Below, one piece after another: positions 14,834-23,952 of a stretch of DNA of 28,924 nt. The DNA is from a virus. Its lineage: Duplodnaviria; Caudoviricetes. The notes under the pieces were generated by a model. It saw only the letters and a program-made list of their open reading frames with translations, made no database searches and was not told the DNA's origin. Position 1 is the first letter of the stretch. Each line of letters opens with the position of its first letter. The stretch spans positions 1-28,924 of IMG/VR virus record IMGVR_UViG_3300032277_000058. The stretch is one strand, 5' to 3'. The translations under genes were made by a program, and so were the position numbers.

Positions 14834-15258
14834 TGCAAGACCGCCGCCCTCTCATCCAGAAACGCGCAAGACTCCTGCGCACCCGGCGCATGGCTGTTGG
14901 TGGCGGGGGTGCCGCAACAAACCTGACAGCAGGGTTCGCTTCGCCATGGGTAGGGTATCACTCAGGCAATGTTGCGGGCTTCGGCGCAGTGGCGGCAATT
15001 GGTGAATACACAGCCGGAAACATCAACGGATTTGAGTTGGGCGCTGTTCTGCGCAACGGGACAACGCTTTATATCACCTTCGAGGGAAATTCCCTTGCCG
15101 CCATGTCTGGCGTCACCATCTCATTTGGCGGCAATGACTTCGCACTTGATAGCGGCGGGGGGAATTACACTGGCGGGGATGAAACCTTCTATTACTTCTA
15201 TGGATCACCCACAGACTCAATAGAGGACGGTGTATCCTACACGCTGGCTGTGTCCTGA
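14833..15258 (+). CDS. Putative head fibre / adhesin-like protein
   Basis: Basic N-terminal arm, GGGG linker, then a Gly/aromatic-rich beta domain. Confidence 0.5.
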   Translation: MQDRRPLIQKRARLLRTRRMAVGGGGAATNLTAGFASPWVGYHSGNVAGFGAVAAIGEYTAGNINGFELGAVLRNGTTLYITFEGNSLAAMSGVTISFGGNDFALDSGGGNYTGGDETFYYFYGSPTDSIEDGVSYTLAVS

Positions 15259-15391
15259 TGAGGAATCGTCCAGCCAAAGGCGCATGGTTCGACTTCCCCT
15301 GCTCTGACTATGCCCGCACCTTTCGCAGCCTCTTCTATGGCGGACCATTCCTGACAGCAAAGCGCGGCATTCCTTGGGAGGATGTGCAGTA

Positions 15392-15829
15392 ATGCCTAAA
15401 GTTCTTGTCCACCAAATCCAGTATGACGCTTTCCTCGCTGAGTTTGGCCAGGAGTGGGCCGACAAGCACATCGTTTTGGATGAGCCGCTGCCAGTGGAGC
15501 GCGATACCCTCTTCGGCATGAGCCCAATCCAATCCATGAGGGCGCACCACGAGACAATTATAGCCCGCAACTTGATAGACGACACGTTGGCCACCGCGCC
15601 AGATAACCCGCCAGCCTTCACCCAGTATGAGGGTGTCTGTGTCGGCGGCCCGCAAAACACCTGCATTATGGCGGGAACGTCGAAGAAGATGCAGTTCGGG
15701 GACTTCAATCTAAACGATGATGGGTCCGCCGATGTAAGGAAGGGGCATTACGAGTTCAGCGAGGGCAAGTGGCTTTGGCAGGGGTACAGGAAGACAACGG
15801 TGCCCGCAGATCGCGTGAGCCTGTCCTAA
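15392..15829 (+). CDS. Hypothetical protein
   Basis: Start MPKVLV after GGAGG. The stop overlaps the terS start (TAATG). Confidence 0.7.
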   Translation: MPKVLVHQIQYDAFLAEFGQEWADKHIVLDEPLPVERDTLFGMSPIQSMRAHHETIIARNLIDDTLATAPDNPPAFTQYEGVCVGGPQNTCIMAGTSKKMQFGDFNLNDDGSADVRKGHYEFSEGKWLWQGYRKTTVPADRVSLS

Positions 15830-16410
15830 TGCCTGCCCTCAAGAACCCCAAGCATGAACTCTTCGCTCAGTATGTCGCCAAGGGCATGAAGGACTGCGAT
15901 GCCTATGTTGAGGCAGGGTATAAATACAATCGCGGCAACGCATCGGCGCTTAAAACAAAAGAAAACATTTCAGCCCGCATCGAAGAGTTGATCGAGAAAG
16001 CATCAGACAAGGCAGAAATCAGCATCGAGCGCGTTCTGCGTGAACTGGGCCGGGTAGGGTTTCAAGACCCTCGCAACCTGTTCTCGAAAGAGGGCGGCAT
16101 CAAAGGCATTCACGATCTGGATCAGGACACGGCAGCGGCTATCGCATCTGTTGAGTTGGTCAGCCGCAAGTCAGGTGAAACTGATGACGATGGCAACCCG
16201 ATCTATGAGCAGATCCACAAGGTGCGGACCTGGGACAAGGTGTCTGCCCTTGAGAAAATGGCACGTATCCTTGGTGCGAACATCGACAAGATCGAAGTGA
16301 CCGGCCCGAATGGCGGACCTATCGAAGTAACGGAGGAAACCCCGCGTGAGCGCATCGCAAGCAGAATTGCTGGCCTCGCTGCCAGAGGCGCAGCGGCAGG
16401 AAATTCTTGA
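15829..16410 (+). CDS. terS: Terminase small subunit
   Basis: N-terminal HTH LKNPKHELFAQ...G....AY..AGY...AS.L....I.ARI.EL, plus VL.EL..VGF.D, DK..ALE and EVTGPNGGPI. Confidence 0.9.
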   Translation: MPALKNPKHELFAQYVAKGMKDCDAYVEAGYKYNRGNASALKTKENISARIEELIEKASDKAEISIERVLRELGRVGFQDPRNLFSKEGGIKGIHDLDQDTAAAIASVELVSRKSGETDDDGNPIYEQIHKVRTWDKVSALEKMARILGANIDKIEVTGPNGGPIEVTEETPRERIASRIAGLAARGAAAGNS

Positions 16411-18235
16411 TAGCCTCACAGACGAAGAACTTGAGCAGCTTGAGTATGACTGGCTGTTCTGGGGGCGGCCGGAGCAGTTTGCACCTGATGGTGAATGGTC
16501 AACGTGGGTCATTGATGCTGGTCGCGGCTTCGGGAAAACAAGAGGCGGCGCCGAGTGGGTCAGGCAGCAGGTATATGCTGGAAAGAAGCGCATCGCACTG
16601 ATCGCAGAGACCTATAAGGATCTGGTTGAGGTGATGTGTTACGGGGAAAGCGGGCTTGTGAGCGTGTTTCCCCCTCACGAGCGGCCCCGCATTGTGGCAA
16701 ACCCCGGTGTTTCGGTGACGTTTCACACTGGGGCAATCGCTCTGGGGTACAACGCAACACAGCCGGCACAGCTTCGCGGGCCGCAGTTTGATGCTGCATG
16801 GTGCGATGAGTTGGCAAAGTGGCGCTACGCTCAAGAAACTTGGGACATGTTGGAGTTTGGCCTGCGCCTTGGGGATGACCCCCGCGCCTTGGTCACAACA
16901 ACACCACGGCCCATCCCGATCATGCGGGAAATCCTTTCTGACCCCGACACAAGGGTGACGAGGGGTTCGACATTCGACAACGCGGGCAATCTGGCCCAGA
17001 AATTCTTGCGCAAGATTCGCCGCCGCTATGAGGGAACGCGGTTGGGTCGGCAGGAACTCCATGCAGAGATGCTGGACGATCTGCCCGGCGCACTCTGGAC
17101 GCGGGACATCATCGAGGCCCACAGAGCGCCCGCGCTGGACAAAGACGAAAACCCGCTGCCTTTGCCGCCTATGCGCCGCATTGTTGTTGCCGTTGATCCT
17201 TCTGGGGTTGGCGAGGGTGACGATGAGACCGGCGATAGCGTTGGCATCTTGGTTGTTGGCAAGGGGTTCGACAATCGGGCCCACGTCATCGCAGACCGCA
17301 CCAGCGATGGCGGGCCCGCTGAATGGGCCAAGGCGGCAGTGGACGCCTATCACGAGTTTAAGGCGGACCGGATTGTCGCAGAGCGCAATTTCGGCGGCGC
17401 GATGGTCGAACACACGATCAGAACCGCAGACGCCACAGTCAGTTACAAGAGCGTGACAGCCAGCCGGGGCAAAGTTGTTCGGGCTGAGCCGGTGTCCGCG
17501 CTCTACGAACAGGGGCAAGTCAGCCACATCGGCGCTTTCCCTGAGCTTGAAGATCAAATGTGTGACTTCGGACCTGATGGATACATCGGGAAAGGTTCAC
17601 CAGACCGCGTAGACGCTCTTGTTTGGGCAATCACTGAACTCTCCTTTGGAGGCGAGACCATCTTTGACGTTCCGTTTGACCGCATCTCGGTCGCACCGTT
17701 CCCAATCCCTGCTCACTGGAAGCGGGCCTATGCCGTTGAGCGCAAGGACGGGCGGGTTGCGGCACTCTGGGGCGCGATCGACCCCGCAGATGGCGTCATC
17801 CACTTCTATTCGGAGCATGACATGCCACCCAGCACCATGACCTTGCAGGCAGAGGCGATCAAACTGCGCGGACCTTGGATGCCCGGCATGTTCCCTGTCA
17901 CCGCCCCGGGCAGATCGAAGGCAGAGGGCAAGGCGCTCATCAAAGAGATGAAGCAATCGGGATTGAAGCTGCGCGATGTCCACTTTGCCGAAGAGGCAAC
18001 AGAGGTGGTCGATCAGGTCAATCTGGGCCGCGTCAAGGTGTTCTCGAACCTGACAGGCTTTGAACGTGAGTACCGCGCCTATCAGCGCGACGAGAACGGC
18101 AATCTGGCAGAGACCGGCTTGCTGATGAACTGTTTCAGGGCGTGGGTCCGGTCGGGCCGCAACGTGGCGACGACGAAACAAGATGATGCACCTGTTGTTC
18201 GCCAGACAACCGCAGACAGCGCAGGGATTTACTGA
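16346..18235 (+). CDS. terL: Terminase large subunit with an extra C-terminal nuclease-like domain
   Basis: Walker A AGRGFGKTR, Walker B AWCDE, TTTP, and nuclease motifs VAVDPS...SPDRVDA, followed by about 195 additional aa. Confidence 0.95.
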   Translation: MSASQAELLASLPEAQRQEILDSLTDEELEQLEYDWLFWGRPEQFAPDGEWSTWVIDAGRGFGKTRGGAEWVRQQVYAGKKRIALIAETYKDLVEVMCYGESGLVSVFPPHERPRIVANPGVSVTFHTGAIALGYNATQPAQLRGPQFDAAWCDELAKWRYAQETWDMLEFGLRLGDDPRALVTTTPRPIPIMREILSDPDTRVTRGSTFDNAGNLAQKFLRKIRRRYEGTRLGRQELHAEMLDDLPGALWTRDIIEAHRAPALDKDENPLPLPPMRRIVVAVDPSGVGEGDDETGDSVGILVVGKGFDNRAHVIADRTSDGGPAEWAKAAVDAYHEFKADRIVAERNFGGAMVEHTIRTADATVSYKSVTASRGKVVRAEPVSALYEQGQVSHIGAFPELEDQMCDFGPDGYIGKGSPDRVDALVWAITELSFGGETIFDVPFDRISVAPFPIPAHWKRAYAVERKDGRVAALWGAIDPADGVIHFYSEHDMPPSTMTLQAEAIKLRGPWMPGMFPVTAPGRSKAEGKALIKEMKQSGLKLRDVHFAEEATEVVDQVNLGRVKVFSNLTGFEREYRAYQRDENGNLAETGLLMNCFRAWVRSGRNVATTKQDDAPVVRQTTADSAGIY

Positions 18236-18498
18236 TGTGCATGGTTGTAGGTGTACACGTCACAGAGCCCAGTCCCTATGGGAGAGACGTTAAGGCGGGA
18301 CCAATTTTCACAACAGATGGCGACTTTGCCCTGCTTGCTCTTCGGGATGTTGCCTACGGCGAGGAACACCCAACTGATGCCTTCGTTCACCCTGACTTTA
18401 GCCGCCCCAAAATTGGGGAGACCGGCACATTCGCCGCCGCCTTTTGGCATGGCTTGTTCGATTTCACTCAACCGGTAGAGGCCATCGCTGATGCTTGA
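18235..18498 (+). CDS. Hypothetical protein between terL and portal
   Basis: TGATG coupling at the start and overlap with the portal start. 87 aa. Confidence 0.55.
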   Translation: MCMVVGVHVTEPSPYGRDVKAGPIFTTDGDFALLALRDVAYGEEHPTDAFVHPDFSRPKIGETGTFAAAFWHGLFDFTQPVEAIADA

Positions 18499-20758
18499 CG
18501 GAATGCAACGCCTGCAATCACGGCGCCGCGACGAATTGACAGACCCCGGCGTCATTGCGCTGGTGGACCGCTTGCGCAAACTCGCCGATGAGCGCGTGAA
18601 GATGCGCAGCCTTGTCGAGCAACGCTGGCTTGAGGATTTGCAGCACTTCCATGGCCAGTATGATGAGGCGACGGAGAAGTGGCTGGCCAAGGCTGAAAAC
18701 AAGAACAAGTCCCGCCTGTTCATCAACCTGACGCGCCCCAAGACCAACGCGATGATCAGCCGGATCACGGACCTGTTGTTCCCGACCGATGACAAGCACT
18801 GGGGCATCCAGCCAACTCCGGTCCCTGAGATGGGGCGGCAGGAGTCACAGGCGCAGAACATCATGGACCGGGCCAAGGCAGTTGCTCATGACGCGCAAGA
18901 GCGTCTGGACGATCCAGAACAGGATGACCCGCGCAAACTGCAAGAGGCGGATCAAGACATCCAACTCGCCAACGACAACCTGAAAGCCGCCCAAGACGCG
19001 CTGGACCATCTCTCAGACATTCGCAAAGAGGCCAAACTGGCCTGCGAGTTGATGGAAGAAGAGATGTTCGACCAGCTCAAGGCCAGTCTGTATCAGGCGC
19101 AGTGCCGCGATGTAATCGAGGACGCCTGCAAACTGGGCTCAGGCGTGATGAAAGGGCCGGTGCTGGCCGAGAAGGTCCGCAAACGCTGGTTGTTCAATGA
19201 GAAGGCCGGCAAGCACGAACTGACAGAGGTTCTGGACATCAAGCCAGCCTTCACCCGCGTTGATCCTTGGGCGTTCTTCCCTGATCCAAACGCACGGACG
19301 ATTGATGAGTCCGAGGGGTTCCTTGAACGCCACATGATGAACCGCAAGCAGCTGCGCGAGCTGGCGCGGCGCAGCGACATGGATAAAGAGGCCATCAACA
19401 ACCTCTTGAAGATTGGCGCGGATGGGGTTGCACCAGAGGGCATGAGCCAACTGTTTGCCCTGACCAACGACGAGGCGCACCAGATCAAGGGCAAGTTCCA
19501 GGTCTGGGAGTATACCGGCCCGATTGAGCCGGAAGAACTGCGCTTGCTGGCCGATGTCTATGAGGATGGTGAGATGCTGTCCGAGCTTGAGTATCTGGAA
19601 GAGGTCCACGCGAAGATCTGGTTCTGCCAGAATGAGGTTCTGTCCTACGCTCTGCACCCGCTCGAAAGCAACGAGGCCATCTATTCTGTCTACAACATCG
19701 AGAAATCAGAGACTTACGTGCTTGGTGGCATTGGTATGCCCCGGATTATCCGCGATCCGCAGAAGGCGCTCAATTCCGCACACCGGATGATGATGGACAA
19801 CGGGCGGGTCTCTGTTGGGCCGCAGGTGGTGATCAACAAGGAGCGCATCAAACCGCAAGATGGCAGTTGGGAACTGTCCGAAATGAAAATCTGGGTGGAT
19901 GAGGACGGTATCAGCGAACGCCCAGCCTTTGAAATCTACAACATCCCGCTCAATCAGGCGCTTTTGGCCAATATCATTGAGATGGCCCGCCGCGACATTG
20001 ACGAGATGTCCTCGATGCCAATGATTGCCCAGGGTGAACAGGGCGCCGGTGTTACGAAGACCGCACAGGGCATGGCGATGCTGATGAACAGCGCCAACGT
20101 GAATTTCCGCCGCTACATCCGCAATTGGGACGATGACATCACGGTCCCGAACCTGCGCCGCCTCTATGACTTCAACATGCAATTCTCCGACAAGGAAGAG
20201 ATTAAAGGCGACTATGAGGTCGATGCCCGCGGCTCTACTGTCCTTCTGGTCCGTGAGATGCAGGCCGCGAACCTGATGCATCTGGCCGACCGCTTTGGCG
20301 AACATCCTGAATATGGCGTCTACATCGACAAGCCGGAATTGCTGAAACAGGTGGTCAAAGCGAACATGATCCCCGCAGATGGTTTGATCCGGTCCGAGCG
20401 CGAAGCCGAAGAGCTGCGCCAGCAGCAGGCCAAGCAGCCTGATCCACAAGTCATGGCCGCACAGGAGATGATCGAACTCAAGCGCGAAGAGACACAGGCC
20501 AAGGTTGCCATCGCAGAGATGAACAACGAGACCAAGGTTCAACTTGAAGAGATGGACAACGACAGCCGCATGGAGATTGCGGCTCTGAATGCCTCAGAGA
20601 GCGCAGAAGATCGCGAGGCCCGCCTTGAGATTGAAGGCGCGAAGACCGGCGACAAGTCCACGGCGGCCGCCATCAAGCGCGACCTTGATGAGCGCAAACT
20701 GGCAACTGAGGTCCAGATGGCCCTGAAAACCGGGGTTCACGCCAATGGCGACATCTGA
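18491..20758 (+). CDS. Portal protein (P22-like podovirus type, long C-terminal helical barrel)
   Basis: 755 aa after terL. Motifs SRLFINLTRPK, RVDPW.FFPDP, G.GMP...RDPQ and TAQGMAMLM, with a Q/E-rich coiled tail. Confidence 0.9.
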   Translation: MLDGMQRLQSRRRDELTDPGVIALVDRLRKLADERVKMRSLVEQRWLEDLQHFHGQYDEATEKWLAKAENKNKSRLFINLTRPKTNAMISRITDLLFPTDDKHWGIQPTPVPEMGRQESQAQNIMDRAKAVAHDAQERLDDPEQDDPRKLQEADQDIQLANDNLKAAQDALDHLSDIRKEAKLACELMEEEMFDQLKASLYQAQCRDVIEDACKLGSGVMKGPVLAEKVRKRWLFNEKAGKHELTEVLDIKPAFTRVDPWAFFPDPNARTIDESEGFLERHMMNRKQLRELARRSDMDKEAINNLLKIGADGVAPEGMSQLFALTNDEAHQIKGKFQVWEYTGPIEPEELRLLADVYEDGEMLSELEYLEEVHAKIWFCQNEVLSYALHPLESNEAIYSVYNIEKSETYVLGGIGMPRIIRDPQKALNSAHRMMMDNGRVSVGPQVVINKERIKPQDGSWELSEMKIWVDEDGISERPAFEIYNIPLNQALLANIIEMARRDIDEMSSMPMIAQGEQGAGVTKTAQGMAMLMNSANVNFRRYIRNWDDDITVPNLRRLYDFNMQFSDKEEIKGDYEVDARGSTVLLVREMQAANLMHLADRFGEHPEYGVYIDKPELLKQVVKANMIPADGLIRSEREAEELRQQQAKQPDPQVMAAQEMIELKREETQAKVAIAEMNNETKVQLEEMDNDSRMEIAALNASESAEDREARLEIEGAKTGDKSTAAAIKRDLDERKLATEVQMALKTGVHANGDI

Positions 20759-20942
20759 TTACTCGGTTAACCCAGACAGTCATTGCTGGAAAGAGGTCAA
20801 GAGGTTCCACCTCGATGAGATTGCCAAGGCGCAGCACATGCTGGAGCAGCCCGGCATTGACCAACCCAAGACAGAATTTCTCCGAGGCAAGATCAGACAG
20901 GCGCGTGACGCCCTGAAACTCGGACAAAGAGATTCCGGGTAA
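20745..20942 (+). CDS. Small conserved podovirus protein between portal and scaffold
   Basis: 65 aa with W..V....LE......T.FLRG.I.....L pattern, in the typical position. Confidence 0.75.
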   Translation: MATSDYSVNPDSHCWKEVKRFHLDEIAKAQHMLEQPGIDQPKTEFLRGKIRQARDALKLGQRDSG

Positions 20943-21026
20943 ACCGGAAGTTTCGCCCTCACCAGCAGGTCAGGGTATCAACCGGCGCAAGCTACGGCTT
21001 CCGCCCCCAAAAAGTAGGCAAGAAGG

Positions 21027-21953
21027 ATGAGCACACCAGAGACTACCATTGATGACTCGGCGGCCGCCGACACATCAGAGGAAAAGACAGAGGCGCAACT
21101 GTGGAATGAGGCTCTTGAAGCCCGCAGTTCCGGCTCAACATCTCAGGACAGCGAACCTGAAGACGCCAGCGCCCCCGCGGATGAGATCGCACAAGAACCA
21201 CCAGAGGAAGGGGATGAACCCAACCAAGGTGAAGCCATCTCGGAAGACCCGCAGGGCGCGGATGACAAACCCGATGGGCAGCGTCAAGAAGAAGACAAGG
21301 CAAAAAGGCTGGCAGGCATTGTCAGTGCACGCGACAAACAGCTCAACAAGAAAAACCAACGCATCCGTGAACTTGAAGAGCGGGTGGCGAAGGCTGAGAA
21401 AGTTGAGCCTGTGGACGTTTCATCTCTAGATGATCTGGCCGAAACCTACCCAGATCTTATGGGTGGGGTCGCGAAAACGATCCGCGACCTAAAGGGTCAG
21501 GTCGATGCACTCACAAAGCAGGCAGGTGATGTTTCCGAACTCACCGCCGAGCGCAGCCAGGAAACCTACGACTACGAAGAACATATTCTCACGGAGAAAA
21601 TGCCCGACTGGCAGAAAACGGTTGAAAAAAACCGTGAAGCCTTCTGGGCATGGGTCGATGATCAGCCAAAAGCTGACCGCGATCTGGCATACTCCAGTCA
21701 GGATAAGGTTGTCGATGGCGAAGGTCTCCATGGTGTCATTGAACGCTTCAAAACGCACCTCACGGGCGAGGTCCAAACAGAACCCGGCTCTTCGGAGCCT
21801 GACTCGAAACGGACCAATAAGCGCCGCCTCGATGGCGCCCGTTCTGTTCCCAGCAAGGGTAGCCAAGCAGCCAGCACACAGCCTCACCCCGGTGAGACTG
21901 ATGAAGTGGCTATTTGGAACAAGACCCTCGCAGACCGGATAAAACGGCGCTGA
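21027..21953 (+). CDS. Capsid scaffolding protein
   Basis: Acidic disordered N-terminus, coiled coil, PDW...F.AW...QP motif. Immediately upstream of the capsid gene. Confidence 0.8.
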   Translation: MSTPETTIDDSAAADTSEEKTEAQLWNEALEARSSGSTSQDSEPEDASAPADEIAQEPPEEGDEPNQGEAISEDPQGADDKPDGQRQEEDKAKRLAGIVSARDKQLNKKNQRIRELEERVAKAEKVEPVDVSSLDDLAETYPDLMGGVAKTIRDLKGQVDALTKQAGDVSELTAERSQETYDYEEHILTEKMPDWQKTVEKNREAFWAWVDDQPKADRDLAYSSQDKVVDGEGLHGVIERFKTHLTGEVQTEPGSSEPDSKRTNKRRLDGARSVPSKGSQAASTQPHPGETDEVAIWNKTLADRIKRR

Positions 21954-21990
21954 GGCAGCTTAACGGTCCAGCTCTTTAAGGACCAAAATC

Positions 21991-23016
21991 ATGAGTGATA
22001 ATATCACACGGAGCACAGACTCAGGCATTTCGCTGACGACAAACATCCATGCCGTCGCTGATCTGCTTGACCACGCCGAGCCTCATATCGTTCTCGATAA
22101 GGTGGCAAAGCAGGTGATGATGCCGAAAAACAAGAAGACCCAGATCCAGTTCCGCCGGATCGTGACCTTCTCGGCCGCCACCACACCGCTGACCGAAGGT
22201 GTCTCCCCCAAGGCGACACAGTTCAGCTACGAGACCGTCAGCGCCACGCTCAAGCAGTATGGCGAATATGTCGAAATCACTGATGTGATCGAAGACACGG
22301 CAGAAGATCCTGTTCTGGCTGATGCAACAACCGCTCTGGGTGAAAACCTGGGCCGGACCCGTGAAGCCCTGCTTTACGGCGTTGTGAAGGCCGGTACATC
22401 GGTTTCCTATGCCAATGACGCTTCCCGTGCTGCGGTGAACACCGCAATCTCGGTCAATGGTCTGCGTAACCTTGCGCGTTCCCTGCGGGCGAACAAGGCG
22501 AAGCCGATCACTCGCGTTCTGGGCAGTTCCCAGAATTACGAGACCAAGAACGTCGAAGCGGCCTATGTGATCTTCTGTCACACAGACTGCATGTCCGACA
22601 TCCGCAACCTGCCAAACTTCATCCCGACTGCGGATTACGGCAAGCGCGAACTGGTCTGCGACCATGAATTTGGTTCGTGGGAAGACTTCCGCTTTGTTGC
22701 TTCTGCCGATCTGGCACCTTTCGAGGATGCTGGCGGGGCAAAGCTGGGCATGGTTTCGACCACTGGCACAAGCGCCGATGTCTACCCGCTGATCGCGTGT
22801 GGCCAAGACGCCTATGCTGCGGTGACGCTGAAAGGCACCAAGACCTCTGGTCAGAACTCGGTGAACTTGATTGTGAACCCAGTGTCCAAGGCCGACAGCA
22901 GCGACCCGTTGGCTCAAAAAGGCACTGTTGGTTGGAAGACGTGGTTCGCCGCGTTGATCACCAACGAAAGCTGGATCGAGCGTTACGAGGTCGCAGTTAC
23001 CGACCTGGCGGCCTAA
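21991..23016 (+). CDS. Major capsid protein (N4-gp56-like family)
   Basis: Motifs MPKN....I.FRR, PLTEGV.P, L.QYG....ITD, H.D...DIR....F.....Y, E.G....RF and SDPLAQ.G.VGWK. Confidence 0.93.
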   Translation: MSDNITRSTDSGISLTTNIHAVADLLDHAEPHIVLDKVAKQVMMPKNKKTQIQFRRIVTFSAATTPLTEGVSPKATQFSYETVSATLKQYGEYVEITDVIEDTAEDPVLADATTALGENLGRTREALLYGVVKAGTSVSYANDASRAAVNTAISVNGLRNLARSLRANKAKPITRVLGSSQNYETKNVEAAYVIFCHTDCMSDIRNLPNFIPTADYGKRELVCDHEFGSWEDFRFVASADLAPFEDAGGAKLGMVSTTGTSADVYPLIACGQDAYAAVTLKGTKTSGQNSVNLIVNPVSKADSSDPLAQKGTVGWKTWFAALITNESWIERYEVAVTDLAA

Positions 23017-23078
23017 TCCTTGGCGGTCGCGCACTGAGCGCGGCCACCTCAACCCTTTAAATTGAAAGGACAAAGGCC

Positions 23079-23396
23079 ATGAAGAATGGACACTTTGTAA
23101 CCGGCACGGTCACTGGCACCGCCGCCGCAATCAATGTGGAATTGGGTTTCACCCCGTCCCGCGTTGAAATCATCAACGAGACCGATCCCGGCATGTTCAT
23201 CTGGACCGACTCGATGGCAGATGGCGAAATGCAGAAGACCGTTGGCGCTGGCACAACCACGTTTGAGTCCTCTGGTGGCATATCCGCCTATGCGGGCGTG
23301 GCTGGTTCGGCCTCCGCAGGCTTCACCATCGGCACAGACAGCGACATGAACGGCAGTTCCGATGTTCTGCACTACACCGCGTGGGGCCGGCCGTAA
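23079..23396 (+). CDS. Putative capsid decoration protein
   Basis: 105 aa beta-rich G/T/A protein with LGF.P..V...N. Strong RBS and co-terminated with the capsid gene. Confidence 0.7.
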   Translation: MKNGHFVTGTVTGTAAAINVELGFTPSRVEIINETDPGMFIWTDSMADGEMQKTVGAGTTTFESSGGISAYAGVAGSASAGFTIGTDSDMNGSSDVLHYTAWGRP

Positions 23397-23420
23397 GGCG
23401 CACTTCACACCAACCTTGAG

Positions 23421-23452
23421 GGGCGGGGCTTAGGTCTCGCCCTTTTTCTTTT
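23421..23452 (+). terminator. Intrinsic terminator after the capsid/decoration genes
   Basis: gggcggggc-ttag-gtctcgccc followed by tttttctttt. Confidence 0.8.
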
Positions 23453-23466
23453 CACAGGAGGCATTC

Positions 23467-23949
23467 ATGCCACAGACAAAACTTGCCGCAGAGGCAACGA
23501 ATGAGGAAATCCTCGACTTCGTTCAGATGATGAACATCGAAGTCAAAGGCAATTGGGGCCGCCCCAAGATGATCGAAAGCCTGAAACTCATTGGCGTCGA
23601 TCTTGACCAAGAGGGCGCACAGATCCCCATAATCGAGAAGGCACAGCCTGCCGAGCCGGGCATGTCCCATGGCTCCGTCAAGATGAGAAAGACCAGCTCT
23701 GGCCGCGAAGAGCTCCATCACTGCATTGTGGTGTCGACATCAGAAGGCGAAGGCGGCGACCGGCCCGTTTATACCCGCGTCAATGGCGTGAACTTCGGTA
23801 TCCCGCGTGGCAAGCCTGTCTGGGTGCCAGAGCGGTACGTTGAAGCCCTCGATCACGCGGTCAAGGATGTCTACAGCGCGACAGACAACGGCCTGAGTGA
23901 GCCGCGCAAGGTTCACAACTACCCATTCTCACTGGCAGCGGCGGTCTAA
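23467..23949 (+). CDS. Conserved podovirus hypothetical protein
   Basis: RBS AGGAGG. Motif VNG....IPRG..V.VP..YVEAL. Confidence 0.8.
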   Translation: MPQTKLAAEATNEEILDFVQMMNIEVKGNWGRPKMIESLKLIGVDLDQEGAQIPIIEKAQPAEPGMSHGSVKMRKTSSGREELHHCIVVSTSEGEGGDRPVYTRVNGVNFGIPRGKPVWVPERYVEALDHAVKDVYSATDNGLSEPRKVHNYPFSLAAAV

Positions 23950-23952
23950 CTG

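Noticed and set aside
15255-15300. CTGATGAG resembling a hammerhead ribozyme core
   Set aside because: No GAAA follows the candidate stem II. The motif coincides with tandem stop codons.
16499-23073. Long minus-strand ORFs (16499-17557, 19706-20542, 22021-23073)
   Set aside because: Antisense shadows of terL, portal and capsid genes in GC-rich DNA, with no recognisable motifs.
22990-23080. Programmed frameshift or read-through extending the capsid protein
   Set aside because: No slippery heptamer precedes the TAA, and the next gene has its own RBS.
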